Under the pieces are notes generated by a model. It was given only the letters and a program-made list of their open reading frames with translations, did no database searches and was not told the origin of the DNA. Shown piece after piece: positions 47,759 to 60,394 of a stretch of 64,000 bases of DNA. Each line of letters starts with the position of its first letter. Position 1 is the stretch's first letter. This DNA comes from Convolutriloba macropyga. Lineage: Eukaryota. The stretch lies in assembly GCF_964194025.1 (NCBI RefSeq), contig NC_134470.1, positions 55,118,001-55,182,000 on the forward strand. Direction: 5' to 3'. The translations under genes were made by a program, and so were the position numbers.

Positions 47759-50700
47759 TTGTTCCGACCCCTCTTGAGGGGGGGGGGGGAGGAACTATAT
47801 ACTCACTGGGTTTTTTTTGTTCAGTCAATTTTGGCCGATCGATATATTCATCGTAGAGAGTTGAGACTGGTATCATTAGAAAGCTTGTCCGCCGTAGAAT
47901 ATGGAATTATAAAGATTTTTTTGATTTTCGTTTTTAACGGAGATATCGAGCTTTAAAGTTTCGAGAAAATAGAGTGAATTCGTTGATTTTTTTCGGAATT
48001 TTTGACCAAAATTTCGCAAATTTTGAAAAAATTTAATAAAATTTTTCATGAAAATGTTGTTGATTTTACGGTTAAAGACAAAATACATTTTCGGCTATTT
48101 TCATTGAAATTTTTTTGTCACAAATTCCGGCTAAAAATTTCACAAAATTCAGACTTTTTCATCAAAAGTAGCACGAAATAGGTTTCTTTAGTTCACTCTG
48201 ATTAAATTTGCAGGAAGTGCACACCCAAACACCACTAACACAATCTTTGTAGACTGAAAAAGGGGCTATTTCCACTTCAACTTCCGTTAAGAGTGCTCTG
48301 TAAATAAAACTTTGCCGTTTTTTGCTAACTTTATTGGTTGACTATCAAAAACGCAGCATTTGCTTTTGATTTTTTAACAAACAAAATATCTATATCAAGG
48401 ACATTCGAAACTTTAAATATTCCTAATGGAGAATCAGCATTAGCAGGACTAGTTCTGTACCAATATTGGACCGTTACAATCCAAAAATAATTCGGATTGT
48501 CATCAGTCGGTTTTCTATTAAAAAATTCGATCTTTTTTATATTAATTAAATAGCAGAACATTTCAAATCAAAGCTCACTAGTGATAGATCCTATTAGCTT
48601 CCTAATTAGCTCGAAAATAATTTATTTAGTTGATTGCTTGAAAGCTTATGGTTGTTTTGACTTTTAAAATATTTGATTTTTAAATAAAGAATGGCTTATT
48701 GAACTTGGCCTCCATTTTTCTCTTACTTTGGTCAACTTGTAGCTCAGTGTCAGCAATCAAAGAATGTTCCTTCTTTCTGCTGAATTCAAATTTAGTCTTT
48801 ATTGCGGTTCTACCCCTTAAGTTATGGTGTTCTGGCTTTGATACTACTAGATTTCACAATTTTTTTTTAATTTTAGGTATTTGACCATTTTTCATGTTTT
48901 CTAATTTTGTCAAATTATCACGTTATTGTCAGTTCATATATCACATTTATCGCGTTCAAAATAATGCAAAATTGATAATAATTAAATCCTTACAGATATA
49001 GATTGTGGTTCTCTACCGCTTATACAATACTTTCTCGAAGGATTTAATTGAATTTTTTAATTTTGTCTTTAATTATCGTTTTTACTTTGTCTTTTTAGTC
49101 GTATTTAATTTCCTGTACAATTACCCGGTTTGATTGGCTTTTCCTGGAAGAGTAGATGAGCCGATGTTCTGATATTAGAAGATACATAATGGCTTTCATG
49201 ACTTTGAAAACAATTGTTTTCCAAATTTAAAAAAAAACATTTCAACTTCGCAATTTTGTTCCTTTATTGTCCGTTTGTTACCTGGTCTCGTTAATTAAAG
49301 GTTAAAGATGACATTATTTTTGTCAAGGGAAGGTGTCAAGGTGTCAAAAGAGATTGGTGTCAAAAAATTTAATGTTTTAAAAGAATTCGTTATGAATTTA
49401 CAGGCTTCGACACGGGTCTTTCACAAAAGAAAGTAATTTGATTTTTATTTTTTTTTCTTATTTGACTTTTTTTTTGTAGACGTAAGACATGTTCTGGATA
49501 ATTGCAGGTCTCGATGGCTTCCTTTGGAAGAATAAACGAACCAATTCAAAATTTTCATTTTGTAATTAATGGTTTTCATGTCCTTGGAAATAATTTTTTT
49601 TCGATAAAAACAAATTTTACAGTCTTGCATTTTTTCTTTTTGGTCTAATTGTTACCTAGTTTCATTGATGAGAGGTCACATAATACATTTCAAGAGATGG
49701 TGTCAAAAGGGATTGGTGTCACAAAATCTAATGTTTTAAGAGAATTCGTTGTGACTTTACTGGCTTCCACACGGGTGTTTCACAAAAAAAAGTAAATGAG
49801 TTTTTGATTTTTGTCATATTTGACGTTCTTTTTGTAGACGTAAGACATAATCTGGATAATTTCAGGTCTCAAGGGCTTTATTTGGAAGAATGGACGAACT
49901 TATTCAACTTTTTCATTTTGTAATTAATGGCTTTTATGTCTTCGGAAATAAATTTTTTTCGAAAAAAAAACAAGTATTACATAATTTTGCTTTTTTTAAA
50001 TTTTTTGTCTAATTGTTGCTTATTTTCATTAATGAGTGGCCACATAATACATTATTGGTGTTCAACGAAGGTGCAATCGAACATATTTTGGGGGCCAAAG
50101 TATGGCTTTACGGCTTCCAAAGCATTTTCTGGCAAGTTTTAATTGATTTTTAGTTTGTTTAGTTTGTTGTCTATTTGTTGTTCTTTTTGTAACTGCATAA
50201 AAAATTGAATATCAAGAGTTCTTAATTTCCTTCCAGAAAAGCATTGGTAATTGTAAACCTATGGGAGTTTTTAGTTGATTCCTAATGTTTTTCATTACTT
50301 TGAAATTAATTGTTTTTTTTTTTTAAAAAAACTCAGCGACCTAATTAGCTAACTTTAAAGTTTCTGTTCTTTTCTGTCTAATTGTTACCAAGCTTTATTA
50401 TGAACTGGTGATTAACCGTTTTTTTTACTGGTGAATTACAAGTTATTTTGTTTGATTTTAGTTCTATATGACGCTATTTTGACTTTGTCATTAAGTTTTG
50501 TTTTTAAAAAACGGACATAAATTTTTTGATGTAATTAATGTTTGTTGTTGTTGTTGTTTGATTTAGCCGTTCGCCTTCGCTCGCTTTCTTAGTATCGGCA
50601 TATCTCATCAATCTAATGCATCATTTTTTACTCCACTGAGTTATTTGCTTTGGAGGCTATCTTTTCGTTCATACACCAGTTTTTTTGATAAATACTTGAA

Positions 50701-50811
50701 TTTTTTGTGTTTTTCTATCTGTTCCTCATTTGGTAGTCAATTATGCCAAAATGGTGGATGAGCGGGGTCGGAACCTTATGTGCGATCGCACATTACCGAG
50801 CCGCCTTGTTT
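47759..50811 (+). mobile_element. Family C HINE/Helentron-like non-autonomous element (~3.05 kb)
   Basis: 5' TT-GTTCCGACCCC with fold-back CCCCTC-TT-GAGGGG; 3' GGGGTCGGAAC (50764-50774), palindrome ATGTGCGATCGCACAT (50778-50793) and CCGCCTTGTTT. Interior homologous to the reverse complement of 2284-4495, with an extra internal duplication (about 49340 vs 49700). Confidence 0.78.
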
Positions 50812-51869
50812 AGAAACAAAATTTAGTTGTTCTCCGACTTGTCATATTTGTCAGTTTGTCGCAAATTAGATTCACAAGAGGAACTGTCTTGTTTGCAGAG
50901 AATATTTTTGCTGAACGAGTGTAATGTTTGAAGCCATTTTTTGAAAAGCTTCATTTGCTAATCTCTCAACCCATATCACGTTAGTTATTTTTTCAACGAT
51001 TATAACTGCGTCTAGGGCTTAGTGTAATGAGCTTGCGACAGGCATTTTTGCATTGAATCTGACACAACCGAAGCTCTAAGCTATTAAGTTATCTGTCCTT
51101 TTGTAAATCGATAATTGCTTCCTAAACGTCTATTAATTCTCTTTTAATCAAATAAACTAGAGTTTGAGGTCTCTGTTCTTGGAATTGTTGTCTTTTAGTT
51201 CATGCTTGGCTATGTGTTTAATTTTTCAATCAATTTTTGTTTCGTTCAACTTTTTTGCCTTTTCAACTTTTCTTGCGAAATCATTATTGAATTCCATTAC
51301 TTATTTCTAATGCGCATGTTTTTTGCCATTGTTACTAGGGAAACATATTGGCAGGCGTTTTAACTTCGTTTTCAGGCTGTAAGTTTTAGCCACCATCTAA
51401 ACTGTTAGGACAAATAATACGAAAGCTCATAGGAAAGTTATCATGGGAAAGCTCAACGGAGTGCACGGCAGGGTTGAAAATTAGCATCAGATCTGTCGTT
51501 TTTCATGTTTCTCCTGTTTCTTTTATGATTATCAATATAACTCATGCATATCATTTCTTTCGTTAAACTTATTGAATTTTCTACAGTCAATTGTGCTTTT
51601 GTCTCTGACTGTAATGTACTGCCCGGAGCATACCTTGCTTTTTTCTTCCAATTTAACTATGTGTGAGAAAATGTACCCAATCCGCTCGATTTTGCCAATT
51701 TTTTAGAAACCTAAATTAAGTTTGTTACAATTTATGCTCAAGTATTGGTGATTTTCAGCATTTTCAGCGTTAGAGCATTTGCGGCATTTCTTGATCTCAA
51801 TCTTCATTAAACTTAAACAAAATTTGTAGCAAATATATTAGTCTTGCTGTTGTTTAGTCCGTGTTTTTT

Positions 51870-52360
51870 AAAATCTTTTCCGTTTGTCCCCCCCCCCCCC
51901 CCCCCCCCAGCTAAGTGGGTACATGTTATTTGCACGCCCCAGAAGCACGTGCAAGACTTTTACATTATAATTTAATATGGAATAGCACGTGCTCTGTAAT
52001 GGGGGGTGTACAATGTACTGGGGGGGGGGGGCACAAACGGAAAAGATCCGATTTTTGTGTGCCGTTTTCTCGTGTCGAATTTTAGCCCCCCTCCCTCCCA
52101 GCTTTTTATTCATATAACCTATAGCCCCGCAATCATGGTAATTAACCATAGGAGTGCTGTGATTTGGTGGGGGGGGGGGGGGGGCTCTAATGGGAAATAC
52201 GCGTTTTTTGCCTACCCTGCGCATTTGAATTTTAGATCCCTTCTTATGTCTTTTTATTGCATGTTACTATGTTAAAAAGCACGTGCGCCTGGGGGTGTAA
52301 AAGATATAAGCCCGCTTAGCTGGGGGGGGGGGGGGGGGGGGCAAAACAGAATAGATCCGG
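51870..52360. mobile_element. MITE(s) with C/G-run TIRs nested inside a family A element
   Basis: ATCTTTTCCGTTTGTC(n)AG ... CTG(n)CACAAACGGAAAAGATCCG (about 52050) and a second right arm ending AGATCCGG at about 52360; family A sequence flanks both sides (about 51810-51865 and 52361-52800). Confidence 0.7.
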
Positions 52361-52901
52361 AATTTTTGTCTTCAAAAACAGGCTAAACAGGTAAATTACG
52401 GAGGGCATTAAGTGGTTGAGCAGCTCTTAGAGCTAGAGCCTCAAGCCTCGCTGGTCTCTTAGTATGCGATTAACCGAAACTGTTTCGAGGAGACATAAAT
52501 TCGTGGTGTGAAGGTCTTGATTTAAGGAGTTCGACCCCCTGAGTTTCCTCCCGCCACTCACCCCTTCACCCCCACTCAGCATTCCCGCACCATTCCTCCC
52601 GTCCACCCTCCTTCAACTGGCGATACCCCCTTAAAAATCCAATCCAGCCACCCCACTCCCTAATGCTAGTATCCCTGGACCCCAGTTGGCTGCAAAAACG
52701 GGATAAACAGGTGAAACCCGGAGGTCATTAATTCGCTGAGCACCTCTCTTAGAGCTTTACTAGTCTCGAAGTGTCTGTCACCAAAGCTGCTGAGAAGCAT
52801 AAAATTATGGTGTATGGGCAGTTTTTGGCGGTTTAGACCTTCCCTCAGCCCCTCTCCCCCTCGATGTGTCCACCGGATGTCATTCCTTCCTTACCGAACT
52901 C

Positions 52902-53387
52902 CAAGTCAATATCAGTACTAGGCAAGTCTAAATCCAAGTCTTAACTCGTTTCGTTTCCCAGTATTGGGCAAGTCTAAATACACTGGCAGTTCTTAGCCCA
53001 TACTTGGATAACACTCGGAAAGTAAAAACCAGCTTTTCGAAATTTTTCAGTAAAAAATTCGAATTTTTAGATTTTTTGTAACGTGTCACGATTGCGAGGT
53101 TTTATGTCCACCCCCGCTGTTTTTACTTGACGCCTGGCCACCGCTGCTATGTGCGTCGGTACCTCCAGGACCATGCCCAGATCCAATTCCACTGTCATTT
53201 CATGTAGTTATTGTCCGTTTTTAGCCCGAATTTACGAAAATGGACTTAATTTGATGCATATTTCAGATCTTGTGACTGTCTGGTTATGTCTGATTATGCC
53301 AAGTGTAAAACGTGACATGATCATAGCTCTGAATCAGTAATGAAATGAGACTTGTAATTAGACTTGCCCATTACTGAAATTGAGTTG
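52902..53387. mobile_element. MITE-like element with ~42 bp imperfect TIRs
   Basis: Left CAAGTCAATATCAGTACTAGGCAAGTCTAAATCCAAGTCTTA vs reverse complement of the right end CAACTCAATTTCAGTAATGGGCAAGTCTAATTACAAGTCTCA. Confidence 0.6.
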
Positions 53388-53893
53388 TCGTTAGGTCCGG
53401 ATACGTTCTGGAATGATCTGGTATTTTCCTAAGTATGATCTTTATTTTAGTTGTTTTTAGAAAACTGTAGAAAGCCAATTTTGCTCTGCAATAAAACTTT
53501 TTGTTAAATCTGCTCTTTGCAACATCGTAGAGGCGACAATACTGAAAAATAACTCAAATAACTCATTACCACGATTTTCGTTGCTCCGTTTTTCATTTAA
53601 ATGTGAAAATAGTACCAAACTATCGAAGTTTTGAGTAGTTAATGAATGACCGATGAATGGTGCTGAAAGCTCTTGATGTTATTCTCAAAATACGTAGCTA
53701 CTGTTTCGAATTTTTCCTCCAATGAAAGGTATAATGTTTGGGATACCATAGGAGGGGTGAACTTGTCCTTTTTCCGCGTTAGTTTCAACCATGTCAGTAA
53801 TTACTCCTTAAATAGAAGAAATATTTAGTCGCCCGTCCTAGGTTCGCTTGACAATAGGCGTCCGCTCGTTATAACAATCTTCTTTCAGATATT

Positions 53894-54742
53894 ATGAAAA
53901 ACTTAGCAGTCAAAACAATTCTTGTTAACAGCCCAGCCTTCATTGGGAAAAGGCTGAGAGTCAGTGGGAGCGTTCAACGCGTGAGACACTTGAAGGATAA
54001 CTACTTTATAGTTCTGCACGATGGAAGCTCCACGGAAAGTATTCAGGTGATGTCTTTTTTTTAAAATCTATCTATCAAGATGCAGCTTTTCATTGGCTAA
54101 CTTTATAGATATAGATAACCGACTTTATAGTTAACCGACTTTATAGATTACGAATCGGCAACTGATTTATTTTGCCATTTTTTACATTGTTTATACCTTA
54201 ATTTGAACCAATCTGATCGTTTTGATCAATTACTTCTCATTCGGTTCTGCACACATTTGGCTCTAAGTCCTAGCAACATCGAATGTGTTTCTTTAAGATC
54301 TTATAAAAAATGATTGTTTTGAAGGTTGTTGTTCCCTCTTCATCAGAGTTAGCATCAAAAATTGCGAGTGGAGACATCTTACAAATTGAAGGCGAATTAG
54401 TGCTCAGTCCAGCAAAAGGTCAAGCTGTTGAAATCATCTCACATAAAATGGACAAGATTGCTGAACGAAATAATTCTTTATACCCTCTCGTCAATACTCA
54501 TAAAATGGCATTAGATTCCATTCGAAAGTATCCTCATTTACAGTCGAGAACGCAGTACTTTCAAAATATGATGCGTCTAAGAGATGCGGCAGAGTTTTCT
54601 TTTCACGACTTCTACAGGAAAAATGGGTTTGTGAAAGTGACTACGCCGATTATTACATCGAATGACTGTGAGGGTGCAGGGGAGTGTTTTAATGTCACTG
54701 GAGCTTGTGATGCAGAAGAGAAGATGGAACATGTGTCGAACA
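53894..54742 (+). CDS. NARS2: Asparaginyl-tRNA synthetase, mitochondrial/bacterial type, 5' exons only (53894-54046; 54325-about 54742); start and second donor uncertain
   Basis: OB-fold GKRLRVSGSVQRVRHLKDNYFIVLHDGSSTESIQ spliced in phase 0 (CAG|GTGATG to TTTGAAG|GTT) to VVVP..EGELVLSPAKGQAVE..YPL..IRKYPHLQSRT..HDFYRKNGFVKVTTPIITSNDCEGAGECF. TPIITSNDCEGAGE is characteristic of NARS2/AsnS. Confidence 0.85.
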
Positions 54743-56524
54743 GTGTGTAATTGATTTCAAAGCTGACCAAATTTCACATTAAATTTACTAAGTCTTGTTT
54801 AAGTAGCTTAAATGAAAAGTGTGCCAAGGGCTTTCTAGAGCCTCATGATTTTTTGACAGGGATGCACACATAAAAATGGTTGATTAGCCAAAATTGTGCC
54901 GAGGTAGAAAAAAAAACGTGTCGCGTGTTTAAACCGTTAGTAAGCACGAACGCTAGGTAATGGTTGATTGAATACGATTTTCTCTGTTGGTGCAAAATTT
55001 ATCTACTGGTGCACCGATATACAGGCGCCAACTGTCCTGTGCCTGTGATTGTCTGGTTTTCCCTATTTCTGATGGTTTTTGTAATCATTGCCTTTATTTC
55101 GAAGAAATCGGAAATATGTTTCAGATCCGCCCGAAATTAAGCGAAGCGATTTTAGGCGACTCGATTGCATTTGTCAATGCATCTTTGACTGATCCTAAAA
55201 CTATTAGAAACTGTTTCGTTTTGCAGCTTTTCTGAGTACTCTGCGATTATTTAATATGAAAAAAAATTAATACAAAATCAACATGATGAACTTGATCAAA
55301 TGCATATTTATTTTAATGTTATTTTTTTTTAATTTTAATTTTTTTAATTTAAAAAAAAAACAGAAACTGGTGCTTCAGTAATACCTTTTTAAATTCAAAG
55401 TCTTCAATCACTACAGGAGCTGAAAATTAGAAGACTTCCGTTAAATGACCCATAAAATACTTGAACGTGATGTTTCAAGTGAAAACAGTCAATCTGCATC
55501 AAAGACAGAAAGTTGCTCAAAATCTTCGTAAATTTAAATTGAACGAATCTAGATTATTCGTTAAAATCAAACTAGAGCATTATTTGCTGCATTATTAATG
55601 CTTACTTTAACGAGGGTTACCAAAGTTTTTTTTTTATTAAAAACACCTATTTTGTGCAAATTGTTGAAAAAGTAAATGATGAAACGGTAAGTTAATTCTT
55701 CGTTTTGTCAACTATCCAATCTAAGCACACCATCAAGACCAAAAATTCGAGATGTAAGAAAGAAAGGAACATTACCATAACCGTTTTTATCTTTCAGCGA
55801 ATAAATAACTGGGTTCTATTTGAACTTTCAAATGCCTCGCATAATGTGCCAATCCCCAAATACGTACCAAAGAAATTTGAGCGTGGCAGTTAGTCTTTAA
55901 AGAGCGTTTTAAAACAAAGTTTAAACTTTCTGCCAATTTTTAGTGAAAAATTGAATATAGTTGAGTTATTTTCAAAAATGGATTTTCCATCTTTTTGCTT
56001 TATGTGCCTTGTTTTTTCATTTGCCACTACCGCTTGAATTTTGATGTGTATGAATTTTCATTTGCAACTACCGCTTGTAAGGACCTGTACGTTTTATCAA
56101 ATTATCCAACAACTTAAGCTTAAGCCCAAAAACAATAATTGTTAGATATTAATACAAAGCAAGTTTTGAAAGGCTGGAAACAAGGCTGGAAAGTTTCAAT
56201 ATTCAATGAATAGTTGGCAGCAGCTTCTGAGATTTAACTAAGTTATTCGAAGCCCAGTATAAATTGAAATCATCTCGTTTTCATCCTCCCTCATTTATCG
56301 ACAAATAAGAGAAGTTATAGGGGCCAAAGCAAACAATGGCAGGATTGCATCACGAAAAAAATTATTCGTTTTTTCAGAAACAACCCGATGTTTGTAATTT
56401 TTTTTCACTTTTCCGATGGTCTTGGTATAAGATTAGTGACAGATATCATATTTCAAAACACCAGGAAATCGCAGAAGTCTTGTTGAGCAAATGCCCTAAT
56501 TTATTTTTCCAAAAGCAAACATAA

Positions 56525-56770
56525 TAACATCGAGTGAATTGCTCTCAATCTAATGGCGAGCGGTTGATTTCGTCAGTAGCTAGCTGGGTTTTAGGGAGCT
56601 AGCATAAGCCTAGATAAGGGATCTGATCGTTGTGGGTGTCGAAACTAGTAAGGCTATAAGAAAACAGTTCGGCGACTTAATGCTGACTGGGTTTTTCCTA
56701 TTTATGCCTTTTTCGAGGAGGAAAAGTCAAATGGTAGAACGGACAAACAGTATCAGAAATGTAAGCGGTG
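56525..56770 (-). mobile_element. Family A element fragment in reverse orientation
   Basis: AATTGCTCTCAA..GGCGAGCGGTTG..TTCGTCAGTAGC is the reverse complement of the family A 3' end; CTTAATGC and GAAAAGTCAAATGG are the reverse complement of core motifs. Confidence 0.6.
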
Positions 56771-57040
56771 CTAAAATTATTTTATGAATAAATACTCATG
56801 AATGAATTATCCATGAATACTTCTTTTTTTAAAATATTAATTTGTCATACACTAGAAATCAACAGTTGAAGATTAATTTCATAATTGAAGAAGATAATAG
56901 TAGAGTTCACGAAGGTTTCCTTCATCTTTTTAAAAAACAATTAATTATTCTCTCCGAAATTATTTTATTTCATGTACATTTGCTTCTCTTTTGTTGAAGC
57001 GAACTCTAGAAATCCAAAAAATCAATGTTTTCGTTTTTTT

Positions 57041-57536
57041 AATAGCCGCACAGCGACAGCTGGGGCTATTATTGGCCTTCTCTAGGTTTTTTTTTTATTT
57101 CGTCATGATTTTTGTTACGACCATATGACGTCACAGCCACTTTTTGTTCATTCGTTCATGCAATTTCAACTGAATTGCATGCGTGACGTCATTTTTCGCT
57201 CTTAGTGAAGCGAGTTTTTTGTTCATTCGCGTGATTAAATCTTTGGTCACACTTGACTTACCTCACTCTCAAAAATGACTTCCTCACTTTGAAATTGACT
57301 TTTATTTACTTTATTTCCAAGAGATAAGGTCAAATGGGTGTGTGTCACTCTAAATGAAGGTTATTTGAGATCAGCTAATAGAGGCAGCAATAACTTATAC
57401 AGATTTTTAATCAAAATATAACAGATAAGCTTTCAATCAAAAGACAATTTTTTTTATCTGTCTTTTTTACTGTTTTTTTAGACTGCCGATCTACGAATCT
57501 ATTGTGGCTATTTTCTGGCAATCTGCCAGCTATGTT
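57041..57536 (+). mobile_element. Family B HINE-like element (~500 bp form)
   Basis: AATAGCCGC..GGGGCTATT; 3' GTGGCTATT, perfect hairpin CTGGCA-ATC-TGCCAG, CTATGTTT. Confidence 0.8.
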
Positions 57537-57640
57537 TTATTCTGAGAAATCGTTAGTTATTAAAAAGGTTTAATACCTAATATACGGGAGAAGACATACT
57601 TACGACTGAAGTCGCCAGTTGTTTTTTTCCAAAAGAAATC

Positions 57641-57815
57641 GGGATCTTTTCCGTTTTTTGCGCCCCCCCCCCAGTAATTTATGCGCCCCCCAGTTACAGA
57701 GCACGTGCCATTAAATAGTAAATCATTATGTAAAAATATTGCACGTGCGTCTGCGGGGGTGCAATTAATATGCACCCAATAAACTGGGGGGGGGGGCACA
57801 AACGGAAAAGATCCG
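57641..57815. mobile_element. Short MITE with C/G-run TIRs (same family as 51870-52050)
   Basis: GGATCTTTTCCGTTTTTTGCGC(n)AGT ... ACTG(n)CACAAACGGAAAAGATCC; central AGCACGTGC shared with the 51.9 kb copy. Confidence 0.75.
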
Positions 57816-58084
57816 AAATCCGTTCTTTATTGAAATACATGCGATTTATTTCTGCGCTTTGTTCACTAAATCACCGTCTGCTGATCTAGCGAACATCATT
57901 CAAAGTTAGTTATCGATGCGTTATATAAGCCAACCAAGAAGTAGGTGTTTTATTTTCGAAAAATATTGATGTATTTAGTGGCTTCTTTTAGTTTTCTGAA
58001 AATTTTGTCAAGAGTTTTAATACAACGAAGTTACGTCGCGCTCACCTAACTGCAAATCTGGACTATAATAATAGTCGCATAATT

Positions 58085-58428
58085 TGGACTAAATTGCGTG
58101 CGTGACGTAATTTTTTCAGCGATTTTGCGCAATTAATTCTGGTCAAACATGACTTACTTGACTCTCAAAAATGACTCCTCACTCAAAGAGACTTTTGCTT
58201 ACTTTTTGGAAAGTCAGCTGATTGTGTAACTCTAACTGGTAGTTTTGGGAGCAGCTATTAGAAAGAATACATTAGCTAAACAATCTTCTTAAGTCAAAAT
58301 GTGACATATTAGCAATTAAAAAGAAAAATTAGAATTTCTATAGTTCAGCCTTATTTTTCATTACATTTTTGAGGTTCCAGGTCTATGAAGCTATTGCACT
58401 TTTTTCCGGCAATTTGCCTGCTGTTTTT
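58085..58428 (+). mobile_element. Degenerate family B element
   Basis: Core TGACTTACTTGACTCTCAAAAATGACT; 3' GCTATTGCAC..CCGGCAATTTGCCTGCTGTTT. Confidence 0.6.
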
Positions 58429-60394
58429 GGATTTTCCATTTTTTTCAAGTTTCCAATTAACGAAATTGTGCCTTTCAATCAAAATCGGACTTACACATAT
58501 TAAAGAATCGGAAATTTAGAAAATGGCGCCCTTTCTTTTCCCAAACGCCATCAATCTACGGTTGATCTTTTTTTCTTCAATTTTTCGAAAATTTGGAAAT
58601 TTTGTTAGGAATTCAAAACTAGACTTTGAGCTACAAACTGTATTTTATTTTCGCTAATTTTGTTTGATGTTATCAATTAAGCGAAAACTTCACTGAGGAA
58701 AAAAAACCTGGCTTGCATATATATTCCTCCAATTTTGAAAAGGTGTTTGAGCTAATATTTTGTAATGGTGCTTTTTCAATGGAGTTATCTTGAAATCTTC
58801 GCCACGATTTTGTGGGATCAAGAATTCGTTCTAACGTAATTAGAGAACCAAAGGGTGCGAAAGCGTTTGGTTTTGTCTTTGTTTGCTTCCTTGTTAAAGG
58901 CTTTGTTTTTAATTTTCAAGTTGTAAACAAACTGTTTCGTATGCCTTAGAGGTGGAGTTACCCCCCCCCCCCAAAAGTAAAAAAAAATAGAGTGCTATAT
59001 AGTATCATGTGAAAATACAATGTGTAGACGGGGACATAGAAACGGGGGGGGGGGGTGGGCAGAAGACCAGACGTTGTTACTATCACCATTTTTACGGCTA
59101 GGGGAATGAAATAATTCCTGGGAAACAGCTTTGCGTCATTTTTTTGTTCTTCTTAATTGCTTTACACTTAGTCCTGATAGGTTTGTAGCTGTCGTCTTCG
59201 CGCATGAATGTTTTGGTGTTTAGCAGCAGCACTTGAGTTTCTCTTTCTGTTCTCTTCATTTTCTTTTGATTCAACGCCCTTGAAAATGATTTCAATCAAT
59301 TGCACAAAGATGATCGCTAAAATGAAAACGACGACTATGACTTGAGCGTTGCGATTTGGTCCATTGCAATCCTGTTGGCTGAAATCAAATGATGATAAAT
59401 AGCAAGACATGGGATAGTCGGGATATGTAAGTTCTTATTGTGATCGTTCTTCTGTCTTTTCAAATAGCTTTCGTTTAAGTCGAATTATTTTGTTGCCCAA
59501 CAAAATGTGAGGTCTGGTAAATAATCTGGTTGATTTGGGAAAAAATAACTGGTCCTATGTTCGCAAAGTTACAATAAATAAAGCGAATCTATGCCATTCA
59601 AAATTTAATAAGCCAATGTAGTAATCTTAGAAGAAGGAGGGTATTTTCAAAACTTAAGTAATTGTCATTGAACTACTTCGCATGTACGAATTGATTAGTA
59701 TACAGCGCAGAGTTGAGAGGAGGTGAAGCCGAGTTGAAACGAAGCCCGGTACTAATCAATGAGGTATCGAAAGTAGTTCTATTAGTATATGTAGAACAAA
59801 ATCTGTCACCCGAGGGTCTTAGTGCCCGGACACGAGGGGCTTGCGCCCGATTGCGGGGCACGGGGCCCGAGGGGACTAAGATTTAGTTCTAACGTAATTA
59901 GAAAACCAAAGGGTGCGAAAATTGAATTTCGGTTGAAATTGAAGGATTAATGAAAGAAATATTCTTAAAAAAATATAGGAGCAGCCGATTATTCAGTGGT
60001 TTGATTTAAGTGCCAAAAGTTAGATTTCGAACGAAGTCTAAGTTTTTTGCTCTAAACTTAGTGTCCTACATTTGGACACGAAGTTCAAGGCAACAAAAAA
60101 ACTTTCTTAGTAAATCTCTAAATATTGCTAGCATCTAGCAGGGTTCCTCTTAACATTTCCTTTTCAGATTTTTTTTTTTGTGTTTAGGTTCGCAAGCGTA
60201 CGGTATTCTGCTAAGGTGGGAAAATTTTCACAAGTTCTGAGGATGATCAATGGTGCTGATTTTTTCAAGAATTAATTCGACGATAAATAATATTTTCTTA
60301 GAGACGAATTTATTATTATTGTTTGTTTACCTTTTTGTGCAATCAGATTTGTGTTCATTCTATTAATAGAGGAAAAATTTGCCTAGTTTTATTA

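Noticed and set aside
18205-54742. Functional gene cluster (proteostasis theme: mannosidase, proteasome, F-box)
   Set aside because: Housekeeping genes of unrelated pathways are interleaved; no evidence beyond adjacency.
57991-58105. Candidate third NARS2 exon (..RAHLTANLD..)
   Set aside because: Lacks the LTVSGQL motif, has no good donor, and runs into a degenerate family B repeat.
59168-59410. 80 aa minus-strand ORF with a hydrophobic stretch
   Set aside because: No recognisable homology or supporting exon structure; cannot be supported, though a small membrane-protein exon is not excluded.
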